This document shows positions 38,360 through 52,400 of a DNA stretch of 64,000 nt, piece by piece. Source of the stretch: Macrostomum hystrix (Eukaryota > Animalia > Platyhelminthes). The notes beneath the pieces are model-generated. The model was not told where the DNA came from. It did not search any database and saw only the letters and a program-made list of their open reading frames with translations. The stretch covers positions 21,514,001-21,578,000 of the forward strand of contig CATNEN010000001.1 of the NCBI GenBank assembly GCA_950097015.1. The letters are read 5' to 3'. The position numbers were made by a program, and so were the translations under genes. Numbering within the stretch: the stretch's first letter is position 1; the number at the start of each line of letters is the position of its first letter.

Positions 38360-39726
38360 ATGACAAATTACACACCCACACCGGAAACCGACGTTCGTCA
38401 ACTGGCGGACTACCTGCAACTGCCGCGCGACGCACCGGTGAACTGTGAGTGACTTCTGTTGCATTTGGTTAGGAGTGACAAAACTCTAGAGTGATGGACT
38501 TAAAGTCAGAACTCAAATCACCATTTCAACTCAGCGTGGAGCTACAACGATCGGCGTTTGCTGCTCAAGCAGCTGCTATTCAAATACCTCGATCTGGTCA
38601 GGGCAGCATCGAAGAGCTCACCAAACGCCCAGTGGTTCGCGCTTGAGCAGTTTCTCATGCATTACCCAATGGACAAGATAGAAGAATATCTACAAAAAAA
38701 TTTCGGATGGGCACTGAGCCAGGAGTACAGTCGCTGGAAAAACGGTAAGAATTCACACTTAAAATTTAAGTTTGAGCACATCCAACTATGAGTTCTTGAG
38801 TCTTATCTCGGTTGTGCCCTACAACTTCCGAAATTCAATATAGTAACTGTGTACAATGCACTTGTACATGAACGTTGTATAACTTTGCAGCTTATTATTG
38901 TCAAGTATGTAATCTTTCGAAAAGGTTTCTCCGAGATTTAAGTACCAGCACGTGAGATGGGGTGAGTGGCAGAGCGGTTAACGCGTTTGCCTCTCGCACC
39001 AAGGTCCCTGAGCTCGATTCCGCGGACGAGGTCACACTTATTTGTGAAATTTAAGCCCTTAAGGGCCAACCTCGAAGCACAGTGAGTGTGCACTGCCTGA
39101 CGACGAGAAAGTCAGGGCAGATGTACACATCTGTGAGTGCCTGTGTGTGCTCATGAGTCAGCGGAATGGGCAGAATTGCCTCCTCGCTGGCTGCGGGTCT
39201 GGTGTCACCAAATGATGTACCATTGTACCAACTGAAATAATTGTGTCTTTCAGTCATTGAAGCGGCAATGTTGGTGAAACCACACGAACCAGCCGAGGCG
39301 AAAGCACAAGACCCAACTGTGGCGGAGCCTCAGAAACCAAGCGACATGAAGCAAGCAGAACAAAAAGCAACGGTGAAATCGCCTAAAGTCCTATCAGTCC
39401 ATAAGAATAGCAACACTTTGAAACTTTGGCAACACCTGCTGAGCGAGCTACAATCGGGAAGCGAGAATTTAGAATGGCTGGACCGATCAAGCGGCAGGTT
39501 TCGCTTCGTCAAGCCGAAACCAGCAGCGGCGGCTTGGGGCAGACTGAAGGGACGACTACGCATGGACTACGAGAAGATGACCCACTCCATTCGCAACTAC
39601 TACAAGAAGACGGCTGCCGCCACTGAGCAGCAATGGAGGATGTACAAAGGCATGCGACACAAGGAGTACGGCTTCAATATGGCCAACCTAGAGGTGGCAG
39701 CCTTTTTGAGGAAAGTCAGCCAATAG
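38360..39726 (+). CDS. Divergent ETS-family transcription factor with a probable Pointed (SAM-PNT) domain, ~255 aa, 3 exons
   Basis: Exons 38360..38444, 38535..38744, 39254..39726 (phases 1, 1). PNT-like LQLPRDAPVNSWSYND. ETS motifs LWQHLL..L, LEWLD..GRFRF, AWGRLK..MDYEKMTHSIRNYY..YGF. AATAAA at 39800. Confidence 0.8.
38959..39229 (+). mobile_element. tRNA-derived SINE, family A, copy 3
   Basis: A box TGGCAGAGCGG and B-box-like GCTCGATTCC; aligns with copies 1 and 2. Lies in ETS intron 2, ending ~25 bp before the acceptor. Confidence 0.85.
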
Positions 39727-40466
39727 CTCAGGAGAGTTGCCGAGCTCAAACCAAACTGTTAGAATGCTCAGGGTATTATACATGTGATAGATATACATAA
39801 ATAAAAGTAAAATTTATCCGTGATGTTTTGTTTGTTTGACCCTTGATTCACAAGCCAATCGATCTATTTTTTCTATTGCAATTCGCCTATCGCTGATTGG
39901 CTGGAATCTTCGAACGATTCCGCCCTAGCCAGCCAATCACAGCGCTCTACATTCGATGTGAATTTTTGTATTAAAAAGTTTCCAGTGGTAGAAATATTTA
40001 TCGGTAAATGTGTATACAAATGGTGTAAATATATAATTCAACCTGAATGCTTTCATAAAGATTAATAAAATTTTGATAGAAACAAAGCAAAAGCTTTCTA
40101 GAGGAAGTTGGCATTAAATTCAAACAGGTTTATTTAAACATATTTTAAACCAGAAACAACACTTGACAGCAAAACAATACTGTAGCTGAAAAAATAGTCA
40201 AATCTTAGCTGCCGATATGAAACAAAGCAATAACCTAATCTGGAAGAGTTTCATTTGCAGTGAGTTTCACTTGTTAATCATTGAATTAAAAAAATATTAA
40301 CAGGCGCACACTACTTGTTAGTAGCAATGTATTTTGGGATTGCACCAACGACGCTAGGCCTCAAATTTGGCATTTAAAATATGGGGAGGGCCTGTGCTCA
40401 CGATCTCAACTGCATCAACAACTATGATCTGAGAATTGCACTGGCTAGCTAGGATTCTCAATCCAT

Positions 40467-43400
40467 TTATTTTTTAGCTGACGGTGTGAGGAAATACTTC
40501 CTGGCCAGCTTAGCAAACCTGCCGGACTTTGGCTTGCGTGCGGCCGAGGGAGGCACCGGCAGAGCGCTCAACTCTGGGGAGGATAGCAACGAGACTGAGC
40601 AACTTGTGCCCGCATCAGAGGCTGCAGAATGCTGCATCTGCTGCTGCTGCTGCAACTGACGAAATCTTAGCTCAAGAGCAGCCGAAGAATTCCCGGCGGT
40701 GACCGAGGAGTTGGAGGCAACGCTGGTGCGACAGCTGCTTTCCTGGCGATGGTTGCTGTTGCTGATATTGCCAGGGCCACTCGCAACTTGCCGCTGCTGC
40801 AGATCGTCGTCCAAACTCAGGACTGAACTGGTGTCGGCTGGGCTAGCGAAACGTATGTTGTTGAATAGCGAATAAGAAATAACAGTTGAAATTATTAGCG
40901 ACAGACAGACAGACAGACAAAAGACAGACAGCACAGACAGACTGACAGACAGACAGGCAGACAGACAGACAAAACTGACAGCACAGACAGAGAGACAGAC
41001 AGACAGACAGACCGCACAATGCTTACTCATCAGGAACATGGAACTGGGCCACTGTCAAGATTTGCCGATGAGGCTGGAAATTTACGCTCGGACCAGGCCT
41101 GCCAGCAGTTTCGTCATCATCGTCAGCAGCAGCAGCGGCAATGTGGAATGCTCCATTGTCGCCATCGACAGTGGCGGAGTCAATGCTGTCATGTGATCTC
41201 TGGCCAACGCAAGCCCCTAGAGCTGGCGGTTGGTGATTATAGATCCTTCTAGCTGCGACCGACGACTCGGTTGCTGGGGGAGATATTTGGCCAGGCAAAT
41301 TCAATTTTTTGTAAACTAGAACAGCCGATATGTTTAGAAAAAATAACAGAAATTTAATGCAGTTATTTTCACCAGTATTTGTAGCTGGATGAGGCCTTCG
41401 AAGGACTTGCTGGAGGTGACGGCGAAGATTTGACTCGCTGTCGACAGCTGACAGTCGCACATTTGTCGTGCTCAGAGGCTTGGCCAAATGTGCCGGCACT
41501 GTGGCTGAACAAGCGGCGCGAGAAATAAGATATATTTAATTTAAATATTATTGCCATTACAGACTACTGATAGATAGTATATACAAAAATTAAGACGAGA
41601 TTAAAAAGTAAAAAACTACAGTTCACGAAAGGTAAGTAGAAAAATTCCAAAGGCATTTGGAAAATTAATAAATTATAAACAATGTAGACTAAAATGTTTC
41701 CTTTATTTCAAGGCAATCGAAAACACCGTCTAGCTACTATTAGTACAATCCTTGTCAAGAAGTAAGTATTCACATAGAATCTTACCGTCACGAAACGCAC
41801 TTTTTCGACTGTTTTTATCACCTAAGAAGGTAATTACATAAGTTTATGAGACGACTATCCCGTGTGCCAATCAAAAAGGGATGATGAAATCCTAAAAATC
41901 CCCACAGTATCAAAATGCCTAAGGAACACACGGCAAGGCAAAGTACATTTTAAAGGTTAATATATCAGAAAATCCTGAACAAAATAGGGATCCGAACCCA
42001 CAACCAGCTGTGTGCGCGAGTCGAACGCGTTAATCGCTACGCTTTTAGCCCCCCTTGTTTCTCAGTGCTTGCTGCTGAAGAGGTGAGAGACCTGCTGCGG
42101 CTGATCTGTAAATAAATTTAGTATAGTAGACTAGCTCTGAGCCCCCTTAAACCTTTATTTAATTGTTTGTTGACAGACTAGGCGAGGGTCCTGTGGTTGA
42201 GCTTCGTCCCATATTAAAGCTTAATCAGCGAAATGGCAGAAACTTGCATCAGGGTGTCCATATTTGGCTGGTGTAGAAGGTCAAGCAGCTACGTCTAGAT
42301 TAAGTTGCGTGACCATCAAAGACGGAGATGATGCAGGCACATTCGGGTAACATGCTTATAAACTTCAAAGGTCTGGCAAGGCCGCACTGAGGCACAGTGC
42401 AAATTCGTGTATATGGCCGTATGAAATACACTAGCTTTTATGCGAAAAATCTGAACTTTGGCAGAACCGTTGAATATCTCGACAGCCCCCTCCACGAAGA
42501 ATTGAACGGTCCGCACATATCTAACAATGTCCCAGTAGAGTTTGAGATTCGCTATATCTTACCTCCATGCCTGAGAGTCGTGGCTGAGCAGGTTGGCAGA
42601 CTAGTACGCAGTTCAGCAGATCCGGTCTGAAGGCTGACACCCAGCAGCTCCTCAATGCGAGACCAGCGCTGGGTCCGCTCCCAGATCTCCAGCTTGACTT
42701 TGTCGGCAAATTCTCTAAAAAACCACAGAAAAAATTGCCTGACTTGACCTGTCTAAGCTGTCTACTTTGATCCAGAATTATCTCAGTCAACAAACTAACT
42801 TTGCTTTGACAATCTCCAGTTCAACATTATTGGTGAGCTCTGCAGAGTATAGTGCGCTGCGGAATACGCCAACTACGGAGCTCTGCTTGCGGCGAAGGCG
42901 TTCAAGCTGAAATTGTGAATATAAAAAGCTCTCTGTTTGTATTTAATTAGCATTCCTATTAACACTGTCTGGGGCACTTTGCCACACACAATGCTGCAAC
43001 ATCTGACGCTTGGCCCTTCTTGTTTCTGTCTTATGTTTGTCTTACCTCTGCCGTGTCTCATCTCTCCCCGTGTCTTATCTCTCCCGTGTCTCATCTCTGT
43101 CATTTCTTACCTCTCTCGTCTCTCATTTTCCTATCTCATTTCTCTTATGTCTTATCTCAATGCAATGTCTCAATGCATTATCTCTTCTGTATGTCATCTC
43201 AATCGTGTCTCGTGTTTCCTGTCTGATTTGTCCATTGCCTGCTTTGTCCCGTGTCCCATTTCTCCCGTTTCATTTCATATCAAATGCAATAAAGTCGATG
43301 GGGCCGGGTATCACAAGCAATGCGAAGGGGGTTCAGAGCTAGTCTACTAAACTAAATTTTCTGTTTAGCCACAGCAGGTCTCTCACCTCTTCAGCAGCCT

Positions 43401-46400
43401 GTGCTAGCTGCTGCTCAGCCTTCTGCCAGTTCTGTCGATAATATCTTAGCTCGCTCTCCCAGGTCAGCTGCAGCAGCGTCTGCAGTTCCAGCGACAGCGG
43501 GCCATCATTGGCTGGTCGCCTCTGAGATTCCACCGCCAGGGCAGCTCTTAGCTGGAACAATTCCTGCTCAGCCAGGTCCAGCTTCTCTGCATAGTCTGTC
43601 TCAGTTGTGTTCAGGCGTTGGCTAGACAGCCTGCCCGCTTCCGCCTAAAGTTATGAGGGATTTAATATGAAATATTTCCTGCAGATACTGGCTTTACAAA
43701 AAACTGTCTGTAGATTATTGTCTATCCTTAACCTAAGGTTCCGTAGATTATTATCTATCCTTTATCTGAGGATCTGCAGATTATTATCTATCCTTAACCT
43801 GAGGATCTGTAGATTATTATCTATCCTTAACATGAGGATCTGTAGATTATTATCTAACCTTAACCTGAGGATCTGTAGATTATTATCTATCCTTAACCTG
43901 AGGATCTGTAGATTATTATCTATCCTTAACCTGAGGATCTGTAGATTATTATCTATCCTTTATCTGAGGATCTGTAGATTATTATCTATCCTTAACCTGA
44001 GGATCTGTAGATTATTATCTATCCTTAACCTGAGGATCTGCAGATTATTATCTATCCTTAACATGAGGATCTGTAGATTATTATCTATCCTTAACCTGAG
44101 GATCTGTAGATTATTATCTATCCTTAACCTCAGGATCTGTAGATTATTATCTATCCTTAACCTGAGGATCTGTAGATTATTATCTATCCTTAACCTGAGG
44201 ATCTGTAGATTATTATCTATCCTTAACCTGAGGATCTGTAGATTATTATCTATCCTTAACCTGAGGATCTGTAGATTATTATCTATCCTTAACCTGAGGA
44301 TCTGTAGATTATTATCTATCCTTAACATGAGGATCTGTAGATTATTATCTATCCTTTATCTGAGGATCTGTAGATTATTATCTATCCTTAACCTGAGGAT
44401 CTGTAGATTATTATCTATCCTTAACATGAGGATCTGTAGATTATTATCTATCCTTTATCTGAGGATCTGTAGATTATTATCTATCCTTAACATGAGGATC
44501 TGTAGATTATTATCTATCCTTTATCTGAGGATCTGTAGATTATTATCTATCCTTAACCTGAGGATCTGTAGATTATTATCTATCCTTTATCTGAGGATCT
44601 GTAGATTATTATCTATCCTTAACATGAGGATCTGTAGATTATTATCTATCCTTTATCTGAGGATCTGTAGATTATTATCTATCCTTAACCTGAGGATCTG
44701 TAGATTATTATCTATCCTTAACCTGAGGATCTGTAGATTATTATCTATCCTTAACCTGAGGATCTGTAGATTATTATCTATCCTTAACCTGAGGATCTGT
44801 AGATTATTATCTATCCTTAACCTGAGGATCTGTAGATTATTATCTATCCTTAACCTGAGGATCTGTAGATTATTATCTATCCTTAACCTGAGGATCTGTA
44901 GATTATTATCTATCCTTAACCTGAGGATCTGTAGATTATTATCTATCCTTAACCTGAGGATCTGTAGATTATTATCTATCCTTAACATGAGGATCTGTAG
45001 ATTATTATCTATCCTTAACATGAGGATCTGTAGATTATTATCTATCCTTTATCTGAGGATCTGTAGATTATTATCTATCCTTAACCTGAGGATCTGTAGA
45101 TTATTATCTATCCTTTATCTGAGGATCTGTAGATTATTATCTATCCTTAATCTGAGGATCTGTAGATTATTATCTATCCTTAACCTGAGGATCTGTAGAT
45201 TATTATCGATCCTTAACATGAGGATCTGTAGATTATTATCTATCCTTAACATGAGGATCTGTAGATTATTATCTATCCTTAACATGAGGATCTGTAGATT
45301 ATTATCTATCCTTAACCTGAGGATCTGTAGATTATTATCTATCCTTAACCTGAGGATCTGCAGATTATTATCTATCCTTAATCTGAGGATCTGTAGATTA
45401 TTATCTATCCTTAACCTGAGGATCTGTAGATTATTATCTATCCTTAACCTGAGGATCTGTAGATTATTATCTATCCTTTATCTGAGGATCTGTAGATTAT
45501 TATCTATCCTTAATCTGAGGATCTGTAGATTATTATCTATCCTTAACCTGAGGATCTGTAGATTATTATCGATCCTTAACATGAGGATCTGTAGATTATT
45601 ATCTATCCTTAACATGAGGATCTGTAGATTATTATCGATCCTTAACATGAGGATCTGTAGATTATTATCTATCCTTAACCTGAGGATCTGTAGATTATTA
45701 TCTATCCTTAACCTGAGGATCTGCAGATTATTATCTATCCTTAATCTGAGGATCTGTAGATTATTATCTATCCTTAACCTGAGGATCTGTAGATTATTAT
45801 CTATCCTTTATCTGAGGATCTGTAGATTATTATCTATCCTTAACCTGAGGATCTGTAGATTATTATCTATCCTTAACCTGAGGATCTGTAGATTATTATC
45901 TATCCTTAACCTGAGGATCTGTAGATTATTATCTATCCTTTATCTGAGGATCTGTAGATTATTATCTATCCTTTATCTGAGGATCTGTAGATTATTATCT
46001 ATCCTTTATCTGAGGATCTGTAGATTATTATCTATCATTAACCTGAGGATCTGTAGATTATTATCTATCCTTAACCTGAGGATCTGTAGATTATTATCTA
46101 TCCTTAACCTGAGGATCTGTAGATTATTATCTATCCTTAACCTGAGGATCTGTAGATTATTATCTATCCTTAACCTGAGGATCTGTAGATTATTATCTAT
46201 CCTTAACCTGAGGATCTGTAGATTATTATCTATCCTTAACCTGAGGATCTGTAGATTATTATCTATCCTTAACCTGAGGATCTGTAGATTATTATCTATC
46301 CTTAACCTGAGGATCTGTAGATTATTATCTATCCTTAATCTGAGGATCTGTAGATTATTATCTAACCTCTACAGAGGATCTGCAGATTATTATCTATCCT

Positions 46401-49400
46401 TAACCTGAGGATCTGTAGATTATTATCTATCCTTAACCTGAGGATCTGTAGATTATTATCTATCCTTTATCTGAGGATCTGTAGATTATTATCTATCATT
46501 AACCTGAGGATCTGTAGATTATTATCTATCCTTAACCTGAGGATCTGTAGATTATTATCTATCCTTAATCTGAGGATCTGTAGATTATTATCTAACCTCT
46601 ACAGAGGATCTGCAGATTATTATCTATCCTTAACCTGAGGATCTGTAGATTATTATCTATCCTTAACCTGAGGATCTGTAGATTATTATCTATCCTTAAT
46701 CTGAGGATCTGTAGATTATTATCTATCCTTAATCTGAGGATCTGTAGATTATTATCTAACCTCTACAGAGGATCTGCAGATTATTATCTATCCTTAACCT
46801 GAGGATCTGTAGATTATTATCTATCCTTAATCTGAGGATCTGTAGATTATTATCTATCCTTAATCTGAGGATCTGTAGATTATTATCTAACCTCTACAGA
46901 GGATCTGTAGATTATTATCTATCCTTAATCTGAGGATCTGTAGATTATTATCTATCCTTAACCTGAGGATCTGCAGATTATTATCTATCCTTAACCTGAG
47001 GATCTGTAGATTATTATCTATCCTTTATCTGAGGATCTGTAGATTATTATCTATCCTTTATCTGAGGATCTGTAGATTATTATCTATCCTTAATCTGAGG
47101 ATCTGTAGATTATTATCTATCCTTAATCTGAGGATCTGTAGATTATTATCTAACCTCTACAGAGGATCTGCAGATTATTATCTATCCTTAACCTGAGGAT
47201 CTGTAGATTATTATCTATCCTTTATCTGAGGATCTGTAGATTATTATCTATCCTTAACCTGAGGATCTGTAGATTATTATCTATCCTTAATCTGAGGATC
47301 TGCAGATTATTATCTATCCTTAACATGAGGATCTGTAGATTATTATCTATCCTTAACCTGAGGATCTGTAGATTATTATCTATCCTTTATCTGAGGATCT
47401 GTAGATTATTATCTATCCTTTATCTGAGGATCTGTAGATTATTATCTATCCTTAATCTGAGGATCTGCAGATTATTATCTATCCTTACCTGAGGATCTGT
47501 AGATTATTATCTATCCTTAACCTGAGGATCTGTAGATTATTATCTATCCTTAACCTGAGGATCTGCAGATTATTATCTATCCTTAACATGAGGATCTGTA
47601 GATTATTATCTATCCTTTATCTGAGGATCTGTAGATTATTATCTATCCTTAACCTGAGGATCTGTAGATTATTATCTATCCTTAACATGAGGATCTGTAG
47701 ATTATTATCTATCCTTAACCTGAGGATCTGTAGATTATTATCTATCCTTAACATGAGGATCTGTAGATTATTATCTATCCTTTATCTGAGGATCTGTAGA
47801 TTATTATCTATCCTTAACCTGAGGATCTGTAGATTATTATCTATCCTTTATCTGAGGATCTGTAGATTATTATCTATCCTTAATCTGAGGATCTGTAGAT
47901 TATTATCTATCCTTAACCTGAGGATCTGTAGATTATTATCTATCCTTAACCTGAGGATCTGTAGATTATTATCTATCCTTAACCTGAGGATCTGCAGATT
48001 ATTATCTATCCTTAACCTGAGGATCTGTAGATTATTATCTATCCTTAACCTGAGGATCTGTAGATTATTATCTATCCTTAACCTGAGGATCTGTAGATTA
48101 TTATCTATCCTTTATCTGAGGATCTGTAGATTATTATCTATCCTTTATCTGAGGATCTGTAGATTATTATCTATCCTTTATCTGAGGATCTGTAGATTAT
48201 TATCTATCATTAACCTGAGGATCTGTAGATTATTATCTATCCTTAACCTGAGGATCTGTAGATTATTATCTATCATTAACCTGAGGATCTGTAGATTATT
48301 ATCTATCCTTAACCTGAGGATCTGTAGATTATTATCTATCCTTAATCTGAGGATCTGCAGATTATTATCTATCCTTAACCTGAGGATCTGTAGATTATTA
48401 TCTATCCTTAACCTGAGGATCTGTAGATTATTATCTATCCTTAATCTGAGGATCTGTAGATTATTATCTAACCTCTACAGAGGATCTGCAGATTATTATC
48501 TATCCTTAACCTGAGGATCTGTAGATTATTATCTATCCTTAACCTGAGGATCTGTAGATTATTATCTATCCTTTATCTGAGGATCTGTAGATTATTATCT
48601 ATCATTAACCTGAGGATCTGTAGATTATTATCTATCCTTAACCTGAGGATCTGTAGATTATTATCTATCCTTAATCTGAGGATCTGTAGATTATTATCTA
48701 ACCTCTACAGAGGATCTGCAGATTATTATCTATCCTTAACCTGAGGATCTGTAGATTATTATCTATCCTTAACCTGAGGATCTGTAGATTATTATCTATC
48801 CTTAATCTGAGGATCTGTAGATTATTATCTATCCTTTATCTGAGGATCTGTAGATTATTATCTATCCTTAACCTGAGGATCTGTAGGTTATTATCTATCC
48901 TTTATCTGAGGATCTGTAGATTATTATCTATCATTAACCTGAGGATCTGCAGATTATTATCTATCCTTAATCTGAGGATCTGTAGATTATTATCTAACCT
49001 CTACAGAGGATCTGCAGATTATTATCTATCCTTAACCTGAGGATCTGTAGATTATTATCTATCCTTAATCTGAGGATCTGTAGATTATTATCTATCCTTA
49101 ATCTGAGGATCTGTAGATTATTATCTAACCTCTACAGAGGATCTGTAGATTATTATCTATCCTTAATCTGAGGATCTGTAGATTATTATCTATCCTTAAC
49201 CTGAGGATCTGCAGATTATTATCTATCCTTAACCTGAGGATCTGTAGATTATTATCTATCCTTTATCTGAGGATCTGTAGATTATTATCTATCCTTAATC
49301 TGAGGATCTGTAGATTATTATCTATCCTTAATCTGAGGATCTGTAGATTATTATCTAACCTCTACAGAGGATCTGCAGATTATTATCTATCCTTAACCTG

Positions 49401-52400
49401 AGGATCTGTAGATTATTATCTATCCTTTATCTGAGGATCTGTAGATTATTATCTATCCTTAATCTGAGGATCTGTAGATTATTATCTATCCTTAATCTGA
49501 GGATCTGTAGATTATTATCTAACCTCTACAGAGGATCTGCAGATTATTATCTATCCTTAACCTGAGGATCTGTAGATTATTATCTATCCTTAATCTGAGG
49601 ATCTGTAGATTATTATCTATCCTTAATCTGAGGATCTGTAGATTATTATCTAACCTCTACAGAGGATCTGTAGATTATTATCTATCCTTAATCTGAGGAT
49701 CTGTAGATTATTATCTATCCTTAATCTGAGGATCTGTAGATTATTATCTATCCTTAATCTGAGGATCTGTAGATTATTATCTATCCTTAATCTGAGGATC
49801 TGTAGATTATTATCTATCCTTAACCTGAGGATCTGCAGATTATTATCTATCCTTAATCTGAGGATCTGTAGATTATTATCTATCCTTAACATGAGGATCT
49901 GCAGATTATTATCTATCCTTAACCTGAGGATCTGTAGATTATTATCTATCCTTAATCTGAGGATCTGTAGATTATTATCTATCCTTAACCTGAGGATCTG
50001 TAGATTATTATCTAACCTCTACAGAGGATCTGCAGATTATTATCTATCCTTAACCTGAGGATCTGTAGATTATTATCTATCCTTAATCTGAGGATCTGTA
50101 GATTATTATCTATCCTTAATCTGAGGATCTGTAGATTATTATCTAACCTCTACAGAGGATCTGTAGATTATTATCTATCCTTAATCTGAGGATCTGCAGA
50201 TTATTATGTATCCTTAATCTGAGGATCTGTAGATTATTATCTATCCTTAACCTGAGGATCTGTAGATTATTATCTATCCTTAATCTGAGGATCTGTAGAT
50301 TATTATCTAACCTCTACAGAGGATCTGCAGATTATTATCTATCCTTAATCTGAGGATCTGTAGATTATTATCTAACCTCTACAGAGGATCTGCAGATTAT
50401 TATCTATCATTAACCTGAGGATCTGTAGATTATTATCTATCCTTAATCTGAGGATCTGCAGATTATTATGTATCCTTAACCTGAGGATCTGCGGATTATT
50501 ATCTATCCTTAATCTGAGGATCTGCAGATTATTATCTATCCTTAACCTGAGGATCTGTAGATTATTATCTATCCTTAACCTGAGGATCTGCGGATTATTA
50601 TCTATCCTTAATCTGAGGATCTGTAGATTATTATCTATCCTCTACAGAGGATCCGTAGATTATTATCTATCCTTAACCTGAGGATCTGTAGATTATTATC
50701 TATCCTTAACCTGAGGATCTGTAGATTATTATCTATCCTTAACCTGAGGATCTGTAGATTATTATCTATCCTTAACCTGAGGATCTGTAGATTATTATCT
50801 ATCCTTAACCTGAGGATCTGTAGATTATTATCTATCCTTAACCTGAGGATCTGTAGATTATTATCTATCCTTAACCTGAGGATCTGTAGATTATTATCTA
50901 TCCTTAACCTGAGGATCTGTAGATTATTATCTATCCTTAAGATGAGGATCTGCAGATTATTATCTATCCTTAACCTGAGGATCTGTAGATTATTATCTAA
51001 CCTTAACCTGAGGATCTGTAGATTATTATCTAACCTTTATCTGAGGATCTGCAGATTATTATACATTTATAACATGAGGATCTGCAGATTATTATCTATC
51101 CTTAACCTGAGGATCTGTAGATTATTATCTATCCTTAAGATGAGGATCTGCAGATTATTATCTATCCTTAACCTGAGGATCTGTAGATTATTATCTATCC
51201 TTAACCTGAGGATCTGTAGATTATTATCTATCCTTAACCTGAGGATCTGTAGATTATTATCTATCCTTAACCTGAGGATCTGTAGATTATTATCTATCCT
51301 TAACCTGAGGATCTGTAGATTATTATCTATCCTTAACCTGAGGATCTGTAGATTATTATCTATCCTTAACCTGAGGATCTGTAGATTATTATCTAACCTT
51401 AACCTGAGGATCTGTAGATTATTATCTAACCTTTATCTGAGGATCTGCAGATTATTATACATTTATAACATGAGGATCTGTAGATTATTATCTATCCTTT
51501 ATCTGAGGATCTGTAGATTATTATCTATCCTTAACCTGAGGATCTGTAGATTATTATCTATCCTTTATCTGAGGATCTGTAGATTATTATCTATCCTTTA
51601 TCTGAGGATCTGTAGATTATTATCTATCCTTAATCTGAGGATCTGTAGATTATTATCTAACCTCTACAGAGGATCTGTAGATTATTATCTATCCTTAATC
51701 TGAGGATCTGCAGATTATTATGTATCCTTAATCTGAGGATCTGTAGATTATTATCTATCCTTAACCTGAGGATCTGTAGATTATTATCTATCCTTAATCT
51801 GAGGATCTGTAGATTATTATCTAACCTCTACAGAGGATCTGCAGATTATTATCTATCCTTAATCTGAGGATCTGTAGATTATTATCTAACCTCTACAGAG
51901 GATCTGCAGATTATTATCTATCATTAACCTGAGGATCTGTAGATTATTATCTATCCTTAATCTGAGGATCTGCAGATTATTATGTATCCTTAACCTGAGG
52001 ATCTGCGGATTATTATCTATCCTTAATCTGAGGATCTGCAGATTATTATCTATCCTTAACCTGAGGATCTGTAGATTATTATCTATCCTTAACCTGAGGA
52101 TCTGCGGATTATTATCTATCCTTAATCTGAGGATCTGTAGATTATTATCTATCCTCTACAGAGGATCCGTAGATTATTATCTATCCTTAACCTGAGGATC
52201 TGTAGATTATTATCTATCCTTAACCTGAGGATCTGTAGATTATTATCTATCCTTAACCTGAGGATCTGTAGATTATTATCTATCCTTAACCTGAGGATCT
52301 GTAGATTATTATCTATCCTTAACCTGAGGATCTGTAGATTATTATCTATCCTTAACCTGAGGATCTGTAGATTATTATCTATCCTTAACCTGAGGATCTG

